From positions 1-11,571 of the forward strand of contig CAXHAT010000223.1 in the NCBI GenBank assembly GCA_964014485.1: 11,571 nt of DNA. Direction: 5' to 3'. Position numbers and translations under genes: made by a program. The notes beneath the pieces are model-generated. The model was not told where the DNA came from. It ran no database searches and saw only the letters and a list, made by a program, of their open reading frames with translations. Shown here one piece after another: positions 8,240 through 11,571 of this stretch (the stretch's first letter is position 1; every line of letters begins with the position of its first letter). This DNA is from an uncultured Deferribacteres bacterium (GTDB lineage Bacteria; Zhuqueibacterota; Zhuqueibacteria; Zhuqueibacterales; Geothermadaptataceae).

Positions 8240-9651
8240 ACGCAGTAAATCCCGCCTTCGCCGTTATTGGTCGCGTCAACAAAGGCAAGTCAAGCATCGT
8301 TTCCACACTCACGGAAGACGATTCCGTTTTGATTGAAAGCGGCGCAGGAACGACGGTTCATTGTCGCGAATTCCCGGTTCGGGTGGACGGCCAAACGCTC
8401 CTGACATTGATCGATACGCCGGGCTTTCAGCAAGCGCCGCGCGCCCTGGCGTGGATGCAGGCTCATGAAGTTTCCGCCGCCAACCGGCGCGAAGTAATCA
8501 AAAATTTTCTCAAAAAATTTGATGGAACTGACGACTTTGTCGATGAATGCCGTTTGCTGAAGCCGATCATGGCGGGCGCGGGCGTGCTCTATGTCGTCGA
8601 CGGCGCCAAGCCTTTTCGCCGGAATTATGAGGCGGAAATGGAAATTCTCCGTTGGACGGGTCAGCCGCGCATGGCGCTCATCAACCAAATCGGCGCGGGC
8701 GATTATACTTCAGATTGGCAGCCTGCGCTGGATCAGTATTTCAGCATCGTCCGGAAATTCAATGCCCATTTTGTCGGTTTTCGCGACCGGATTCGCCTGC
8801 TGGAATCGTTTCGTGAGCTGCACGAACCCTGGCGGCCAAACCTTGAAGCGGCGATAAAATTCCTGAAAGGCGATTGGGAAAGAAGAGAACGCGCGGCAAT
8901 TTACACCATCGCCAAAATGATTTGCGAGCAACTGACTTTCGTTCGCGAGCTTGTGATCGAGCGGTATGAACGTGCGGAAGATTACCGCCTAAAGCTGGAA
9001 CGAGAATTTCACGACGCCTTGCGCGACAACGAAAAAAAAGCGCGGCGAAACATCGAAAAACTTTACCAGCACCACAAAATCGAGGTGCAAGATTCGGAAC
9101 TCGCAAAACCGATCTTTGACGAAGATCTGTTCGCCGAAACGACCTGGAGCATGTTGGGCCTGACCTACAAACAACTCGTGGGAATCGGCGCTTTCGCCGG
9201 CGCCACCGTTGGCGGAGCGATGGACGCAACGCTTGGGGGCAGTTCTTTTTTTATGGGGACGTTAGTGGGGGGGGCGCTTGGCGCGGGATCGGTGATGTTT
9301 TACTCAAACCAGCGTTTGGCCAGCATTGAGACGCTGAAAAAGTTTGTGAAGGGTTCGCAAATTCTAAAAATCGGGCCGCATCAAAACAAGAACTTCCCGT
9401 GGGTGCTGCTCGATCGTGCACTTTTGCACTACATCAGCATTCGCAATCTTGCGCATAGTCGTCGGATGAGAATCAATCTTTCAGACGAAAACAAGAAAGC
9501 GGGAATCACTTCCCGCCTTGGAAACGATCAACGAAAAGTCCTCACTAAAATTTTCAATAATATTCGCAAAAAAGACCCGGGGGAACCTACACGGCAGCCA
9601 AAAGATTTGGAGCTCGAATTGCGGTTGCTGATTAAAAAGTGTGCTGATTAA
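8236..9651 (+). CDS. P-loop GTPase (TRAFAC/Era-like N-domain) with DUF3482-like C-terminus
   Basis: G1 GRVNKGKS (8269-8292), G2 GAGTT, G3 DTPG, VLYVVDG strand, G4 position NQIG. Long helical middle region, then Gly-rich hydrophobic GIGAFAGATVGGAMDATLGGSSFFMGTLVGGALGAG. ATG overlaps the upstream stop (ATGA). Confidence 0.88.
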   Translation: MNAVNPAFAVIGRVNKGKSSIVSTLTEDDSVLIESGAGTTVHCREFPVRVDGQTLLTLIDTPGFQQAPRALAWMQAHEVSAANRREVIKNFLKKFDGTDDFVDECRLLKPIMAGAGVLYVVDGAKPFRRNYEAEMEILRWTGQPRMALINQIGAGDYTSDWQPALDQYFSIVRKFNAHFVGFRDRIRLLESFRELHEPWRPNLEAAIKFLKGDWERRERAAIYTIAKMICEQLTFVRELVIERYERAEDYRLKLEREFHDALRDNEKKARRNIEKLYQHHKIEVQDSELAKPIFDEDLFAETTWSMLGLTYKQLVGIGAFAGATVGGAMDATLGGSSFFMGTLVGGALGAGSVMFYSNQRLASIETLKKFVKGSQILKIGPHQNKNFPWVLLDRALLHYISIRNLAHSRRMRINLSDENKKAGITSRLGNDQRKVLTKIFNNIRKKDPGEPTRQPKDLELELRLLIKKCAD

Positions 9652-9658
9652 GAGATTT

Positions 9659-9686
9659 GTAGAGACGCGATGCATCGCGTCTCTAC
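9659..9686. repeat. GTAG-type REP palindrome (28 nt, perfect); may act as a bidirectional terminator or mRNA stabiliser
   Basis: GTAGAGACGCGATG|CATCGCGTCTCTAC is a perfect palindrome between convergent stop codons (9651 and 9708). Confidence 0.85.
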
Positions 9687-9707
9687 CAGAATCATAATCT
9701 TTTAAAA

Positions 9708-11279
9708 TTACGGCGAGGTTCTGCGACCATTGACGCGCGGTTTGGGCAATGGTTTGCGCGGAAGCTTTTCATCACGCATCGCGGTGTGGTAAACAAACGA
9801 CGCGATGATGACCGCCGCCTGCTTCAAGTCACTCTCAATCAAATGATCGTACGTGTCCAAATGCGTGTGGTGCGTCCGCGTACGGTATTCAATCGGGTCT
9901 TGAATGAATTGAAAGCCCGGCAGCCCGACCGCGTCGAAGGCCAGATGATCCGTGCCGCCGGTGTTGCGAATCGTCAGCGTCGTGGCGTCCAAATCGTGGA
10001 ACGGGCGCAGCCAGGCTTCAAAAATCGGGCGAACGGCGTCATTGCCTTGCATGTAAACGCCGCGCAGTCTCCCCGTGCCGTTGTCCATGTTGTAATAGGC
10101 GGAAAAATTTTCGTGGTCGGGCATAAGCTCCATCGTGCGACGATCGCCAAAATGCTTGCCCACATAACCGCGCGAGCCTAGCAGTCCTTGTTCTTCACCC
10201 GTCCACAAAGCGATTCGAATCGTGCGCCTCGGCTGTGCGTCAATCGTCTTCAAAATCCGGACGGCTTCCATCATGACCGAAGTGCCGGACGCGTTGTCGG
10301 TTGCGCCGGTGCCAGGATGCCAGGAATCGATGTGCGCCCCTAACATCACCAACTCTTTCTTTAAATTTCGGTCTGTTCCCGGAATTTCCGCGACGACATT
10401 GTAGCCAAGCGAATCCTCGGTGTGGAATTGATTTTCGATTTTGACCCGCAGCTTCACGTCTGCCTTTTTCTCCAACAGGCGCGCCAGATGATTATAATGC
10501 TCGACCGCCAGAACCATTTGCGGCATTCCCGGCTCGGCGCCCATATTTCTTGAGCCGCCGCTGCCAAGACGAACAACGCCATAATTGCGACCGCTTGCTT
10601 CCAGCAGCAATTTGACCCCGTCTCTCTTAAACATGGCGTTCGCACTGTTCATCAAAGCCCGGCGTTCGCGAAAGCGCCTGAAACGTTCGCTGTTGCCAAA
10701 TCCGCCCCGGCTGCTCGCTTCGGTCGACATTGCGAGGTCTTGCAGCCCTTCATGATCGTGTCGGCTCGCCATGACTTCAAAAGCCGTTTCCGGCGATTCA
10801 GGTCGCCCGAGAAGTACGATTTTGCCGCCAAGTTTGCCTTCATATTCTTTGAGGTCATCTATACTCTGGAGATTAACCAAAACAGGCGTTCCAGTGATGA
10901 CGCCGTCCGTCCCGGCGGTCCAGGCTTTCGGCGCAGCGGTCATGTTGACGTAGCTCGGTTCGATCATTTCTATCGAATAACCTTCCGTTGACCAGCCGCG
11001 TCCAAACGTACCCCACGCTTCCAGGTCAGCATTCTCCAGACCCCATTCCACGAGCTTGTCGCGGCTCCATTCCAGCGATTTGTGCAGCATTGGCGAGCCT
11101 GAAAGTCGCGGCCCGTAAAGCTCGGTTAAATGCCAGGCAATGTCCATAACCTGAGAGTTATCAAAGCCTTCCATCTTGATTTTCTTAATCATTTGCAGGT
11201 CGACTGGTTCTGCAGCCTGCCCAAAAACCAATGCGGGCAAAATGACCAGTACCGCCGCAAACGCCTTAAGCTTCTTCAT
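9708..11279 (-). CDS. Secreted M28-family zinc peptidase (carboxypeptidase Q-like, PA-type insert)
   Basis: Signal peptide MKKLKAFAAVLVILPALVFGQ. Motifs GPRLSGS, NVVAEIPG, GAHIDSW, GATDNASG, GEEQGLLGS, NMDNG, GTDH, HHTHLD. Start moved to ATG 11279 (GGAGG RBS at 11287-11291) from the track's 11366. Confidence 0.93.
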   Translation of the reverse strand: MKKLKAFAAVLVILPALVFGQAAEPVDLQMIKKIKMEGFDNSQVMDIAWHLTELYGPRLSGSPMLHKSLEWSRDKLVEWGLENADLEAWGTFGRGWSTEGYSIEMIEPSYVNMTAAPKAWTAGTDGVITGTPVLVNLQSIDDLKEYEGKLGGKIVLLGRPESPETAFEVMASRHDHEGLQDLAMSTEASSRGGFGNSERFRRFRERRALMNSANAMFKRDGVKLLLEASGRNYGVVRLGSGGSRNMGAEPGMPQMVLAVEHYNHLARLLEKKADVKLRVKIENQFHTEDSLGYNVVAEIPGTDRNLKKELVMLGAHIDSWHPGTGATDNASGTSVMMEAVRILKTIDAQPRRTIRIALWTGEEQGLLGSRGYVGKHFGDRRTMELMPDHENFSAYYNMDNGTGRLRGVYMQGNDAVRPIFEAWLRPFHDLDATTLTIRNTGGTDHLAFDAVGLPGFQFIQDPIEYRTRTHHTHLDTYDHLIESDLKQAAVIIASFVYHTAMRDEKLPRKPLPKPRVNGRRTSP

Positions 11280-11386
11280 GCGTTCGCCTCCCTTTTCTGA
11301 AGTTGTTTGAGTTTGTGAGAATCCGATAAGAGCGTTCGAATCTCCACCAACGAGACCTGTCTTCACAAATTCCGTTTATCATTTTC

Positions 11387-11415
11387 AACCTAGCGAAACC
11401 GCTTGTAAATGTCAA
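11387..11415 (-). promoter_or_regulatory. Putative sigma70 promoter for the M28 peptidase, TTGACA-N17-TAGGTT
   Basis: Minus strand: consensus -35 TTGACA (11415-11410), 17-nt spacer, TAGGTT (11392-11387) keeping the T-A---T positions. Confidence 0.5.
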
Positions 11416-11554
11416 TGCGTCGAACGCGAAACGCTTGCCGGGTTCATCGGTTCGCAAAACGCTTGATTCACACGCGCCATGGTTTCATATTTTGAGAAAC
11501 AAGCGTGAATTCAGCTCGACAAGCGTCGAGAATTCGTAGGGAGGTGAAGGAAAA

Positions 11555-11571
11555 ATGATCAAAAGAGCTTG
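11555..11571 (+). CDS. Start of a divergently transcribed gene (MIKRA...), cut off by the window end
   Basis: Strong SD GGAGGTG (11540-11546) 8 nt before ATG at 11555. Only 5 full codons are visible. Confidence 0.45.

Noticed and set aside
11280..11366. 29-aa N-terminal extension of the M28 peptidase in the ORF track
   Set aside because: ATG 11279 has a strong SD and starts a canonical signal peptide; the extension would bury it.
11507..11535. Hairpin CTCGAC-AAGC-GTCGAG flanked by two GAATTC sites near the right edge
   Set aside because: Short stem with no U-tract; too little context to call a terminator or regulatory RNA.

Overview
Bacterial (likely metagenomic) contig end. Bases 1-47 are untrimmed Illumina Nextera adapter. 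Coding content: a 3'-truncated class II fumarase (fumC, -); a possible leaderless 89-aa orphan ORF (-); glycerol kinase (glpK, +); a translationally coupled minus-strand trio (DUF6090-like membrane protein, GH20 beta-N-acetylhexosaminidase, small Cys-Cys protein); a coupled plus-strand pair of uncharacterised genes (DUF2868-like multi-pass membrane protein and DUF3482-like P-loop GTPase with a Gly-rich hydrophobic tail); a secreted M28 peptidase (-); and the first codons of a divergent gene at the right edge. Four intergenic regions each carry a different REP/MITE-like palindromic element, including a ~247-bp nested inverted-repeat element upstream of fumC. The best candidate for an uncharacterised system is the membrane protein + GTPase pair, which may be a membrane-remodelling module whose membrane subunit ends in a degenerate GTPase-like domain. 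Family names come from motif recognition by eye, not from database searches.
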